DNA of 64,000 nucleotides from Eledone cirrhosa (taxonomy: Eukaryota). The position numbers and the translations under genes are program-made. Location: the NCBI GenBank assembly GCA_964016885.1, contig OZ024742.1:255564001-255628000 (forward strand). The letters are read 5' to 3'. Under the pieces are notes generated by a model. That model made no database searches. It worked only from the letters and a program-made list of their open reading frames with translations, and had not been told where the DNA came from. Below are positions 41,411 through 54,960 of this stretch, piece by piece (positions within the stretch are counted from its first letter, which is position 1; the number at the start of each line of letters is the position of its first letter).

Positions 41411-43746
41411 TCAATGTTTTTTCCTAATTTTATATGATGCTTGGAATGTAGATGCAGATTTGTGCAGGCAGTTTGAGAATAATTCACTTTTTTTGTTAAT
41501 TAAATTACCATAATTAGCAATTATTAATAGAGTCTCGGTATTACAAAGATTGCAGTTAGGAGAAATAGAGGAATTTTGGTAGACTTGACCAAAGCTTGGA
41601 CCAAAATATTGAGTATTTTAAATTGTCCTCTTTTAAAGACCATATTAGTTGTGATAAAGAATTAGAAAATGTCTTATCCGGATTAGAAAAAGAATGCTTA
41701 TGATTGGAAAATCTCAGTTTAAAGCTCGATGAAGTTGCACCTATGTAGTTGTAGGTAATGTTATTTGCTTTAACGGTACATTTATATACTAAGTTCTTAT
41801 CAAGGCAATTATTTTGCAAAGGGCAATCATATCTATTTCTACAGTTACAGTTCGATTTTCTGTTATTACTATAATTTAAACTGCACGCGTTATCATTGCT
41901 AATATTTGTAGGTGTTCTATTGTAAGTGCTTAAATTAATGTTATTGTTATTCTCAGTATCAATATTATTGCTAATATTAATATTGTCATCATCACTAATT
42001 ATCTGTTGGTTATAACTAAGAATTCTGCTATTTATTTTTGCAATGTTCTGAGCCATATTCATAGTTGTAGAGTAAGATAGCTTAACTGTGTGTCTATTGA
42101 AGATGGAATAGTATTTATGCGTTCTAGGGAAACATTTATCTAATGCCTTAAAAATAATTGTGCTAGGGGTGTTTTAATAGCTAACGATGCTGGTGGTGCG
42201 TACCAAATAACTGATTTGGTTCTGATTTTTTTCCCCGATTTATTCACGAAATTAGCATTTTTATTTATATTAAAATTATTTTTAGAGTCTGCCTTATTTA
42301 TGTTATTCCTATTATTACTTAGTTTATAATTAGAATTACTATTATCTAGATATTCAATATTATTTTTATATCCCGCCTTATGCAACGCTCACATTATAAT
42401 ATCCAGCTTAGTTATTAAAAATGGATTTATTAGCAGATAATCTAGTTAGACGTTATTGAACACTACTGACTATTACATTTTTAACAGATTTAGGAGGATT
42501 AGAATACAAGCTAACATAATTTAGGTTTTCATTGGGTTTATGGAAGGGTAATATAGTCCTGAATTTAAATTAAGGGTGACATCAAGGAAGTTAACCACTT
42601 TACTATTACTATCTACTTCTAATTTCAGGTCATAATTTTTAAAGAATTCTATAATTGTTTTCTTAACCCTATTTAGTTCACTATTGCTATGTTTAACTAC
42701 AGTAAATAATATATCATCTCTATATAAACCACCGGTAATCTCCGGCAATTTTCTATTTATCGTATTAAGGATAAAAATTCCCAGAAGATCGGTAACCTGC
42801 GCAGAATCAGACGATCGCATGGTAATGTCAACATTTTTATGCCTATCAGAACGAGTCCAAAAATCATTATTAAAATTAATCAAAGTTCGTCTAGCCGTTA
42901 ATATGATCTTAATCTCGTCGCTAGATAGATCAGTATGTTTATAAGCGTAAGATAAAACCTTATTCAAAAGATTAGGTGTTATAGATGTGTAGTAACTCGC
43001 TATGTTCATTTGAATAAATTTACGATTATTCTTATTTTCAATGTTCCTAAACCAATCTATTACTTCACTTGTGTCCTTCCATAAGCTCAGATTTGACTTC
43101 AATTTCAATGTTGGCAAAATCCTATCTATAATATTTTTACTAATTCCAATGTCTGACTTAGAAGGTGCTATAAGTCTAACCGGCAAGTCCTCTTCGAAAT
43201 TTCCTTTGTGATCTTTAGAATTTATCCACGGCTGCCTTGGTATGAAAGGTTCGGTCTTTCTTTCAATTCCGAGTTTGGCTGTTATTTCAAACGCATCATT
43301 ATTGATGTCTACTAGATCCTCGGCCGGGGCCTTTCTGTAATTCTTTCTCAATTCTTTTAAAATTAACTCCTTATATTCTGTTTTATCTATCCCATATAAG
43401 TTGTTGGTTTTCTCTGACTTCACCAATATTTTATTTACTTTTTTTATATCAATAATTTTTTCTCTCAGACATCTAAGGTATTCTTGGCCTTTATATGGGT
43501 TTTTCTTAAATTTTATCCTCCTTAATATATTAAAAATTTCACTTTCAAAATCCTCCAGGAGTTTGTTGTATGGAGGATTTTTCCTGGATTTTAAGATGTT
43601 TTCAAAATTATTGTTGTTGTTTTTCCTGTTTGTTTCCTTCTTCTCGAAATGAAAGAGTTTGTTTTCCCAATGAGCTTTTTCATGTATTCCTCATTAGATG
43701 GTATAGGTATATCTTTGAGAGATGTAGAGAACGTAATGAATTCCAT
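41411..43746 (-). pseudogene. PLE RT-GIY-YIG polyprotein, frameshifted
   Basis: Start MEFITFSTSLKDIPIPSNEEYMKKLIGK; VKSEKTNNLY; SKDHK; RLIAPSKSDIG; GGLYRDD; VNFLDVTL; WYAPP; CNCRNRYDCPLQNNC; LVY...YIGAT; CNLCNTE...LINKKSELFSNCLH; stop 41411-41413. Confidence 0.92.
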
Positions 43747-44137
43747 AATTTATTAATTAATTGATAATCTATTGTAGAATAAGCGCTCAACCTACGTACC
43801 CTCTCTATTATATGTAGTTTGTCATGTTACAAATTATGGTATATATATATATTGAGTTTTGTCATAACTAATCACTGCCAAGGCTGGAATTGAACCATCA
43901 GCACAGTTGAGGTATGTCAGACATCAATTTATTTGATTTGATGAGGACGTACAGATGAAATAGCTCAGTACCTCTGAAATATGTATAATAAAATATATTT
44001 GATCACAGGAATGTCTATATTTATTAATATTTTGAAGTAATATTAATAACTCCAGAAAACCTCACTGTTGAGTGCTTCTAATCTATTGTAAAACTTTATT
44101 CATTGATTAATCAATAAACCTTGTTAAACCTTTGGTC

Positions 44138-44161
<24 letters not shown>

Positions 44162-44169
<8 letters not shown>

Positions 44170-44676
44170 GACGTAAAATAAGAAAATTTTAAAAAGAATT
44201 AAAAAAATTAACTTACTTACTAAAATTTTCACTCCAACTAATTAATTTCTGCAATGGGATAAAGACAGTTACGTAATATAACCGTCGAGAATTCATTGCG
44301 TCATCAGGGAGTCTATTCTCAGCTAAGTCTCCAGGCAATGCGCGGACACTGGGGACTCATATAAAAATAATAATAATTCGGTAGATGGAACAGCTAGAGG
44401 GGACTGGATTCCATGCACTGAAAAGCTCGCTGTCTCTGGTCAAATGGCAGATTCTAAAGAATCAATCACGTGACACTGAGGCTAGTCGGTAAAAGTGAAG
44501 TGAAAATTTTAGTAAGTAAGTTAATTTTTTAAATTCTTTTTAAAATTTTCTTATTTTACGTCTTTCATATTATTGTTCTGCATCCTCCTGCATTGAACCA
44601 CCTAGGTACTATGACATAACTTATGTATTTGCTAGCATTAGCGTACATCTGTACGCATATGTTAGTAGATATACTA

Positions 44677-44680
<4 letters not shown>
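44162..44680. mobile_element. Short PLE-end element with ~70-bp inverted termini (44162-44233 and 44499-44570) and a tail
   Basis: Inverted termini; internal HHR; flanked by (TA)n and (CT)n(TA)n. Confidence 0.7.
44231..44312 (-). ncRNA. Type I hammerhead motif
   Basis: ACTCC-CTGATGA-cGCAATG...CATTGCa-GAAA-TTAATTAG-TT-GGAGT. Confidence 0.75.
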
Positions 44681-44774
<94 letters not shown>

Positions 44775-44775
<1 letters not shown>

Positions 44776-45047
44776 GAGGCACGTAGCCTAGTGGTAAGGG
44801 TGTTGGACTTACGATCATAATGTCGTGGGCTCGATTCCTGGTTGCGTATTGTGTTCTTGAGCAAAACACTCCATTTCACGTTGCTCCAGTATACTCAGCT
44901 GAAAATGAGTACCAGCAATAGCTGGAGGTTTGACCCTGCTTGGACTGGCGTCCTGTCCAGGGGGAGTCTTGTACTCCCAGTCGCTTCACGCCATGAAACT
45001 GGGATAAGCACCGGCCAAATGAGCCTTCTGGCTTAAGACAGACTTTT
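44775..45047 (+). mobile_element. Near full-length tRNA-derived CORE-like SINE (family C)
   Basis: A-box TAGCCTAGTGG, B-box-like GGCTCGATTCC, CORE-like TTGTGTTCTTGAGCAAAACAC, 3' part CCCTGCTTGGACTGGCGTCCTGTCCAGGGG; a fragment also at ~36660-36768. Confidence 0.75.
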
Positions 45048-45059
45048 ATATATATATAT

Positions 45060-45248
45060 AACGAAGGAAACGTGGTAAGGAACCAGATGGACCATAACGC
45101 ACCAAAGTACTCAATACTTAGGGTAGTAGAGTGGGTAATAGGAACGAGTAGGACCCCGACGACTGAGCTCAAGCCGTCTCGACGGCTAATTCAGTCCAGA
45201 ATTAGCCGTCGAAACGGCTTGAGCTCAGCCGTCGGGGTCCTACTCGTT

Positions 45249-45253
<5 letters not shown>
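45060..45253 (-). mobile_element. Family P1 palindromic PLE-end element (tail on the left)
   Basis: Tail 45060-45138, palindrome 45139-45253, (TA)n on both sides. Confidence 0.88.
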
Positions 45254-45291
<38 letters not shown>

Positions 45292-46142
45292 CTATTAAAA
45301 CACAAAAAACGTAAAACAAATTATGCCCAGTGGGGATAATTTGGAATTTCATCTCAACTGAATTCAAAGACACTATTTGAACATTCTTTATGTATATTTT
45401 TGTAGTCTTAGGAAATATATAATGAATATCAATTTGTTATTGCACCAGTGGTATACAAAGAAATATTTTTTAAACATCTGTATCGTTACATATGATAAAA
45501 TGTTTCGAAATACAAGCAGTCTTACTGTGAGTACTTATAAAAACTCACATAGACACATATGCAAATATCTGTATGCGTGTGTGATAGTATATGTATATGT
45601 ATGGGTGTATGAATATGTTTGTGTGTGTGCAAGAGTATAAGCGTTTACGTGTTTGTGTAGGTGTGTGTATGTATGTGTGTGTGAATTTGTGGCTATTGGT
45701 AGAGATGACCTCACGAGTAACCTCCACTTCATTGCTGAACTCTTTGGCTTTATCAATTTAGTAACACTAAGATCCTTTGGTCTTCCTGCTAGATAGATAT
45801 TTGTTTTATCGAAAGTTAACTCTCATATAGATGCACACACACATACACACACAGATACACAGAGACACACATATACATACACACACACACATATAAATAC
45901 ACACATACACACAAACACACGCACTCATACATTCACACACAAATATATATACGTATGTATATATATATATATAATTATGCACATACACACATACACACAT
46001 ACACACACATCTATATACATCCATATGTGTGCGTATATGCACACACACATATATAAATATGCATATATATATATATATACATTTATATATATATATATAC
46101 ACAGACACATACACACACACATACACACACACACAAACACAC

Positions 46143-46174
<32 letters not shown>

Positions 46175-47087
46175 TAGAACAAGGTCTTAACTTTCCAATA
46201 CCACCATCTCCCGGGAGTAATTCTCTAGTTTCTGGGAGGGAATTTGGAATAATGGCATATCGAACGTAAAACTCCCCTGCCCTCCCCTCACATGCATACA
46301 CACACATACACAAATATACACACACATACACACCCACACACACACACATATATATAAATATGTGTATCCGACATCCGACAATATCTCTCACTTTGATCCT
46401 TGTATATTGTAATATATTTATTCCTATAATATTATCCGCGAATCTGTTCGTCTATGAAGATAACAAACGTGCATAAATTCACGTCGTAAAATCGTAAAAA
46501 AAAAAGAAGTTATTTAAAAGCCTGAAATATAGAAATATGAACATTGAGGTTTCGCAATGATGCTTGATAGGTCACCATCAAAGTAAATCAAATCAAATTA
46601 GAAGCAATATTTTTTGATAATTCTATCTAGTTTTACACAGTATTCGATTAAGTTTACTCCTCTCTAGACTTATTTAGAATGACTTAGTATTGATAGTAAA
46701 CGCTTCGAAACCGCACTCATTCTCTATTGTATCTAACATGACTAAAACTATAGAATATAAACCAAACCATTATATTTTTCTGATATTTTGTTTAGAATAT
46801 TTCAGAAACTATTTTCTTTCTTTACGACAATGGTGGATGTTTTTTTTTATTCATCCCTATCCAAGGATTTGATTTTTACATTATTTCAGCTATAAATTTT
46901 AACGGTTGCGTTGGAGATTAAAAGCACTACGTTTCGTCTAGCACTTACTGTTGTCGCATATGTTCCTAAGTTCGGATCATACCATAGTTGGTATTAATCC
47001 CTTCTTTACCATATTTCTAATGAATCACTTTGCCTAAAAGTTTCAAATAATGTTGAAATTAATCACGGCTGTCAAAAATTTCATAAC

Positions 47088-47272
47088 CATCTATACCTTT
47101 GGCATAAGGCCACAATTTGAAGGGAAGCAAAGTACCAGTAACTACCCCAGTACGTTACTGGTACTTTATTTAATTGACCCCGTAAGGATGAGAGACAAAG
47201 CTAACCTCGGCGGAATTTGAACTCAAAAGGAAGAAGGTCATAACTAATATGCTGCAAAGCATTTTATCCGAC
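47088..47272 (-). mobile_element. Family A SINE
   Basis: Reverse-complement match to the family A core. Confidence 0.75.
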
Positions 47273-48524
47273 AAAATTCTTACATGAAATTTTGCTGGAA
47301 TAGCTTTAGACTTCATCTATGAATTTAATCTAATTTTGTAAATATTCATGAATTTAGAGTAATTCAATAAAATAACTAACTCGTTCATTAATAAGCTTGT
47401 GTTTGGAATATAACTTAACAAATGTTCTTACATAAAGTTATGATGGAAATTTTTTAGATAAAATTATCCTGTAATATGGGGATACCTTTTGATATTGGTA
47501 AGTATATATATTGAACAAAACGAAATGGAAGGGAAAGCAGGGGCCCTAGCGGTTGATAGTCTAAAAATACACACACATGTACACCAGGTCCGAACACAGA
47601 CTAGCCGAAGTCCCACTGTCATCACCTCCGTCTCTCCCGTCACCCCCGCTCTCACTAATATGAGCAAATGACTTCCCACACGGTGGCCGTCCCATAGTCC
47701 CGGCGGACAAACTAGATAAATATAGCCTACTTTAAAATTAAATATGGTATCTTAGAACGAAAGGTGGTTTAGTGTCTAAATGGTTAGTAGCATCTATGAT
47801 GGTAATGTTTCCAGATTTTAGCAGCCATCAACACGCAGGATCTTGGTGATTATGGCCATCGACCAACATGTTCCAAACACCAGCTTAATAATGAGAAAGT
47901 TAGTTATATTATTAAATACCTAAAGATTTCTTGATTATTTTAAAATCATAAACAGTATTTTCATTAGAAATATGTTAACGTAATGGGTAAAATCATAAGT
48001 TTTCACATTGTCTTTGATGACTGTACCAAAATCGTACTTATATTTTAATGGAGAGCAAATTACTAATATTTTTACTTAACTATATTTTAATCTCAGATGT
48101 TCTAAACCATTGAGATAAATAATATAATTGTTTCTACTTTAGGCACAAGGTAAATAATATAATATTTGTTTTCAAGCTTCGTCACTTTGTGTGTGTATTC
48201 TTATTCAATTAAGCGATGGTAAGTGTGTGATAACATCTGCATACCGACATATTTTTGTTGACGGTGGCAATAATAATCGACTCAAAATGAAGTAAACAGC
48301 TAAATAAAACTTTGTTTCGTACATAATAATATTGTCAAAATATTGTCCTAAAATCCAAGTATTGTCTCTATAAATTGTTCGTTTTGCAATCATGAAAAGA
48401 CGGGTTCAATTCTACTGTGTGGCATCTTCAACATGTGCGTTTTACCGTAACCTCTGGTCAACACGTACCTTTAGAGTAAAAGTGAGTAGAGGGAAACTGT
48501 TTGGAGATCCGTCGCAGTGTATCT

Positions 48525-48718
48525 CAGACCTACCAATCTCTAAAAACCCAAACGGGAAGAACTATGAAAAAAATGCCCCGAAACGGGGAGAAGTGAGACA
48601 AAATGGGGAGATTTTAAATAATGAAAGCTTTACCCATTTTCACAAGAGAAGACAGCTCTCACCCATTCCAAAGGCTATTGCAAATCTCCTCGTCGGACGG
48701 GGAGATTTGACAGGTCTT
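48525..48718. mobile_element. Possible small MITE
   Basis: Imperfect terminal inverted repeats AGACCTACCAATCTC and GAGATTTGACAGGTCT; internal CGGGGAGA repeats; no clear TSD. Confidence 0.35.
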
Positions 48719-49147
48719 GTTACACATTGTGTGAGGCTAAATCACCTAGAGTATTACGCTAAGGATACACGTGTCTATGAAATGCTCAGTTACACTTTAT
48801 TCTCAAGAGCAGGCTGTTCCTTTCATAGAACAACTAGCACACTCACCATCGGAACAGGCGAAGGTTGGACAACTGGTGAAGAAGGATTATACAAATAATT
48901 CTGTCACAATAGAGTTAACACATGTTGACAAAGAAAATTCGTGATTTCAGAGACGAAAATATGTGTTGTTTCATTAAAGAAAGAGAGAAAACCTGTTAGT
49001 TCTTTTATAGAAAACACGGAAATAAGAATTCTACAGAAATATAATTTCTTGATAAATAACCACAGAATTAAAAGAAGAAAAAAACATTGTCATTAAAGGA
49101 TTAACAAATCACATGTGACAGACGTAGTCCTCCTCATACACTTACCG

Positions 49148-49182
<35 letters not shown>

Positions 49183-49410
49183 CTTCTTCTTCTTCTTCTT
49201 CTTCTCCACCTCCACCTTCTTCTCTCTATCTAGCTACACACACACACCCCCACACACACACGTACACTCACACACTCTTTGATTAAGCAAGGATGGTGTG
49301 TATGGAGTATATCATTTTTTTTTTATTTGTTTTACAAAATACTTGCGATACACAAAGACACACACACACACAAACACACACACGCACGCACACGCACACG
49401 CACACACACA

Positions 49411-49504
<94 letters not shown>

Positions 49505-50397
49505 CACATATATATATATATATACATGTCTGCAGAAGAAGCCGCCCAAAGATTTGGCTAAGTAAGTAAAGAAATAGATAACAGTTTCATTTCCCAAGGA
49601 GTCCCCCTCCCAATCCTAGTATCTTAGCATTGGAACAACGTGTGATAAGCTTACAGCTTACAATATCTGCCTAGAACCATTTTATACATTACAGCAACTC
49701 TAGATTAAATTAGACATGTGCGTGTAGTGATAATGTTTTGAAAAGAACAAAACAAATAAAATGTACACGTATATGGCAGAATGTTTAAAGTATCAGCTCA
49801 TTCATTACATAGTACTGTAGGTTGTAGTACAAATGTAATATATATAGCTGTCTCTTGCTAATTATTCACTTTATACGTATGTGTAGTTCTCAATCTCACT
49901 CTCTCTCTATATATATTTATATATACATCTGTCTATATATAATTGACGTATCTACCTATCTATCTACGAGTTTATCTCTCTCTCCATCTCTGTCTTTATA
50001 TATATACATATACATATGTGAGTGTTCGTGTGTGTGTGGATGTGTATTTGATTATGTGCATATGTAGTACGTACGCACGCATACTACCACACACGCACTC
50101 ACATATATACATACATATAGGTATGCATATATATAAATAAAATCTTTATTCTACCTGCAGGTATTGAGTGATTATTCAGTTAACGTTTGAATGTCATAAG
50201 TGGTATAGTAATTTCAACACCTCTTCTAATATATTTATATATTCCACCATAATTCAGCTCAAATATGCTTTATACAGGTTAAAATTCGTTTTAAACAGAA
50301 CCATATCTATTCAAAATATTATTTAAGTATATTACTACTAAGATTAAGAACATAGCAAGGAAAAAATATATTAACGGAAAAAATATAATTTTACCTT

Positions 50398-50580
50398 CAT
50401 AACTGTTTCTACTTTAGGCACAAGGCCAGCAATTACCCAGTGCGTTACTGGTACTTTATTTTATCGACCCCGTAAGGATAAAAGGCAAAGTTAACCTCGG
50501 CGGGATTTGAACTCAGATCGTAAAGGGACGTAACTATGCTGGAAAGCATGGCGTCCGACCCTCTACCGATACTGCCAATC
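50398..50580 (-). mobile_element. Family A SINE with TSD CTTCATAAC
   Basis: Reverse-complement copy; duplication at both ends. Confidence 0.9.
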
Positions 50581-51094
50581 TTCATAACGTGGTTTCACCA
50601 TGATTACGAATACTAGCTAATTAATATAAGTAATTAATCAATTTAGACTACATGGATCTTCGGTTGACTCGGCTTAAGATGTACAAATTAATAACTATTT
50701 CATGAAAACTCGAATGTATTTTCTTGTGTTGGAAATAACGTCTTAACTGGACGTCTACTAGAACTAAAAGGAACACGTAAGGTTATGAATTCCATGTGTT
50801 TTAGCTATAGTTATTCAGTATAAAGTTAAATAGCTATTAATGAGAATACATATGAAACTAAAAACAGCTTACAATGCCCTAGAAAAATTTAAGTTCCATT
50901 ATTCACCATCTCACCAGATTGTACACGGTGATACAGAGTTGGAGAGCGATCAAACTTTTGACCACGTCACCAGGCATATATGTATGTATGTATTAATGTA
51001 TTAATGTATATATGTATGTATGTATATACATGTGTGCGCGTGTGTGTGTATGTATGTATGAATGTATGTATATATATCTATGTGCTATATTTAT

Positions 51095-52312
51095 GTGAGG
51101 TCGCTCTTCAGTGTTACTGGTTACATGTAGCCCAGTACAATCTGTGCATTGTCGGGTCGTCGGTGACTATACCGACAGCCCCGCCAAGCTTGCATGGTGA
51201 AGAGGGTGATTCTGGACAGGCTGTGGGATGTAAAACAAAACCGATCAAAGCGGCAGAAGAACACGTTCATCCAATAAAGTATTTTTTGTGGAGCGAGAGA
51301 CTCCTAGTATTCATTAAGACATCACGCTGATATAAAACCTGCAACTTCATTTGAATCTAATTATATAGACCAGTTCTACTTTTGGGGGCAAATGCATTCG
51401 ATGTTCAGAAATTTCGATTGGCCCCATGAAAAACCTTTCCGCAATTAAAAAAGCTGCCAGCACAGGCATCACTTGATATGTGATATTTTCTGCGATGCAT
51501 GACATTGCTGGCCATAGACAACTCCTCAGCAGGACTAAAAAGCCACGTCCGTGATGCTCATGCTTAAGTATAAGGCGATGGCATTACTCGAAATCGAGTT
51601 GCAGCCATCATGTATGTATGTATGTATGTATGTATCTATGTATGTATGTATGTATGTATGTATGTATGTATGTATGTATGTATGTATGTATGTATGTATG
51701 TGGTGCTACTGGTAACATTGGTGCTACTGGTAACATGTATCCAAGTACAACCTGTCCCATGGTCGGGTCGTTGGCGAGTAAACTGGCAACCCTACCAAGG
51801 TTTCCTGGTGAGGAGGATGACTTTGGGCATCCTGAAGGACTAACAACAAAACCTGTCAAAGGGCAAAGGAGCTCTTAAGAGTCAATGGCCATCCAAAATC
51901 ACCGGGAGAGATGACCCCTTAGCCTTTGTCAAGGCAGAATTCTAGGAGAAGGAAAACTCTAATATAACACCTGCAACCCTGATGGTATCCAATGATGTTG
52001 ACTTGTTCTTCTTTTTGGTAAATATCATCTTGGTTAAGAGAGTGGGACTGGCTTTGTGCAGTGCCTTTGCTCACTATAAAAGCTTCACGCCACAGGCATT
52101 GCTTTATATCTGGAGATCTCTCTGCACTTGTCGTCACATGGTACCATGGGCCCAGCACTATGTGTCAATAATTGTCACAAGTGTAGTGTTTGTACCAGAG
52201 TTTTCAAGTCGCTGGCTGGACTAAAATGTCACACTCATTCAGCGCATCGGTAGGGGTTCTCCTACATGGATATACAGTAGTGGCCGTACTCGAAAACGGT
52301 TGGCAGCCACCA
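51095..52312 (+). mobile_element. Two related non-autonomous elements embedded in (ATGT)n (~51095-51610 and ~51700-52312)
   Basis: Shared head GGT.ACATGTA.CC.AGTACAA.CTGT..CAT.GTCGGGTCGT.GG.GA and shared end TTG(G)CAGCCA.CATGTATGT. Confidence 0.6.
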
Positions 52313-52421
52313 TGTATGTATGTATGTATTTATTAATGTATGTATGGATGGATGTATGTATGTATGTAGGTAGGTATGTCGTCATGTTTATTATGTTAAT
52401 GTTATTTGTTATTTGTTAATA

Positions 52422-52866
52422 GGTAATAATTGTTTCTACGTTTGGCACAAGGCCAGCAATTATCCAGTGCATTACTAATACTTTATTTTATCGACCCCGT
52501 AAGGATGAAAGGCAAAGTTAACCTCGGCGGGATTTGAACTCAGAATGGCAAGGGCCGTAACTCTATAATGGGTAATAATTGTTTCTATTTCAGACACAAA
52601 GGCCGGCAATTATCCAGTACATTACTGGTACTGTATTTTATCGACCCAGTAAGGATGAAAGGCAAAGTTATCCTCGGCGGGATTTGAACTCAGATCATAA
52701 AAGCACGTAACTCTATGCTTCAAAGCATGGTATCTGACTCTCTACCGATACTGCCAATAATCGGTAATAATTGTTTCTACTTTAGGCACAAGGCCAGCAA
52801 TTATCCAGTACATTACTGGTACTTTATTTTATCGACCCCGTAAGGACGAAATGCAAAGTTAACCTC
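52422..52866 (-). mobile_element. Three head-to-tail family A SINEs
   Basis: Each unit starts on the + strand with GGTAATAATTGTTTCTA. Confidence 0.9.
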
Positions 52867-52917
52867 AGGAAGGATGACTGACAGTAATATAGCGGCGTAA
52901 TACATTCGCTAATATAC

Positions 52918-52952
<35 letters not shown>

Positions 52953-53090
52953 AATATATATATATACGTGTGTGTGTGTATGTACTTGTGTATATATAAT
53001 ATGTATATATATATATACATATACTTATATATGTATATTATATACATGTATATACATTCAGATTCCCTCACATAATCATACACACACAGG

Positions 53091-53187
<97 letters not shown>

Positions 53188-53427
53188 AAAGATTAGTTTG
53201 TTGTTGATCCATGCGATGATTTGTCCGTGTACATGTCATGAACGATAGACACATTTTTGTGTGTTTAAGCAAAAAGAAATATACTCCATATCTTGTTCTG
53301 TCACATCTTATAATTCCTATTTATCCTGACAGACTTCGTTTGGCTAGATCCATTGATGTTTGAATACATTATAAAGAAATATATGTCTCAGAATACAATA
53401 TGAAATCTGAACATTATTGTTTTCTTC

Positions 53428-53930
53428 TAATAATTGTTTCTACTTTTGGCACAAGGCCAGCAATTACCCAGTACATTACTGGTACTTTATTTTATCGACC
53501 CCGTAAGGATGAAAGGCAAAGTCAACCTCGGCAGGATTTGAACTCAGATCGTAAAGGGACGTAACTATGCTGGAAAGCATGGCGTCCGACCCTCCACCGA
53601 TACTTCCAATCCACCGCCCTCGTTTCCTTCTAATAATATTACATATATACAAGGAAACGTTTTATTTACATAAATATATGTTTCGGTTACCAATGAATCT
53701 TTGCGAAAAATGATTATCGTTTTTCCTTGTTCTCTACAATTAATGATTTCTAGTTTTGGCACAAGGTCATCAATTTGCGGGAAGAGAAAGTCGATTATAT
53801 CGACCACAGTACTTAACTTGTTAAGTATTTTTATCGGCTTCGGAGGGATAAAAGGCAAAGTTAACCGTAACGGAATTTCGACTTAAAACAAACAGTCGAA
53901 ACAAAAACTGGTATGCAATTGTCCAACTCT
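53428..53930 (-). mobile_element. Family A SINE (53428-53619, TSD CTTCTAATAAT) plus a diverged copy (~53740-53930)
   Basis: Reverse-complement matches to family A. Confidence 0.85.
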
Positions 53931-54284
53931 CTGACAACTGTCTTTACTCACTGCCCCCTCACTCTATAGAAACAATTGTTGTATTATCGCTGCCCTGCGT
54001 TGGTTTGAGATACTTTTCGATTATTTTAAGTAATTACTATAGGAGGTTAGGTTACAAGAAACTGATCTGTGAATATTTCTGCAAAAAAATAACAAACATG
54101 AAAAACATAAAACTTCGTAAATTAATTGCACACAGAAAATAGATCATAAATAGCGTCAAAAACTGATCTAATAGGAAACATTGGATAAGGTCAGTGTTTC
54201 TTCAACGGAAGACTCTTGGCTAAGGCGATAGAGGTGTCAACATCTCAAGGAAGGAAACCAAAGTGGGAAAGAATAACGTACGTT

Positions 54285-54535
54285 ATATCAGATGAAATAC
54301 TAACAAACACAACGTACATCGTATATGTGTCAAATGAAATCAATATACCCAGATATAAAGTATATTGTATATAAATCAAATGAAATACCAAAATACCCAA
54401 TTATAGTGTACATGAAATATCAATATACCCAACTATAATGTACATCCTCTAGGCATCAAATTAAATACCAATATGCCTAACTATAGTGTACATTGCGTAT
54501 ATATCAAAAGAAATATCAGTATATCCATGTATAAA
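54285..54535. repeat. Degenerate ~45-bp minisatellite
   Basis: ATCAAATGAAATACCAATATACCCAA.TATAGTGTACAT repeated ~5-6 times. Confidence 0.75.
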
Positions 54536-54831
54536 TGCAACAAAAAAAGAAAATAAGTTCAGAAAATTCCAAAAATCAAAAAGACTGCTTCTTCATATAT
54601 ATTTCTTTATGGGCTATATTATCATTGATGTTTGAAGAGCTTACTCATATTAATATGGCGCTTGAGTGAAAAAATTACTAGGAGACAGTTCAAAATGTTG
54701 AGGAATTGGAGAAACTTAGGCTTTCAAGGGGAGGAATGTTACAGGTTAACTGAGTCACGAAAAGACCTTGAGATACATCATAATAATGGTTAGAAATCGA
54801 TTTAGGATAATCCTTTTTTTTTCAATTAAAA

Positions 54832-54960
54832 GGCAGGGAATTGTCGGAGTTGTTAGAATGTCGGATAGAAAAATGTTCTCTCTACATTCATTAAGTTCAA
54901 ATCATGCCGAGGTAAACTTAGCTTTTCATCCTTTCGAGCTCAATAAAAAAAATACCGGTT
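54832..54960 (+). mobile_element. Diverged family A-related SINE
   Basis: AAGTTCAAATCATGCCGAGGTAAACTTAGCTTTTCATCC. Confidence 0.65.

Larger units (their letters stand above)
40051..44138 (-). mobile_element. Near full-length Naiad-type Penelope-like retroelement with ~250-bp inverted pLTRs (40051-40301 and 43791-44043)
   Basis: Inverted repeats containing HHRs; internal RT and GIY-YIG coding region; (TA)n on both flanks. Confidence 0.93.

Noticed and set aside
41790-41860. Selenocysteine-encoding Naiad (UGA in the Cys-rich finger)
   Set aside because: The CxC-CPL-C codons here and at ~23698-23742 are TGT/TGC, not TGA; I recognised no SECIS
40051-44043. DNA transposon with long TIRs
   Set aside because: The interior encodes RT and GIY-YIG, the repeats contain HHRs and one arm has a tail, consistent with inverted pLTRs
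44775-44845. tRNA gene
   Set aside because: Has A/B-box-like motifs but no good cloverleaf and continues into a SINE body
47466-47715. Possible second Helitron ending ...CCCGGCGGACAAACTAG
   Set aside because: Weak hairpin, uncertain 5' end, and no following T
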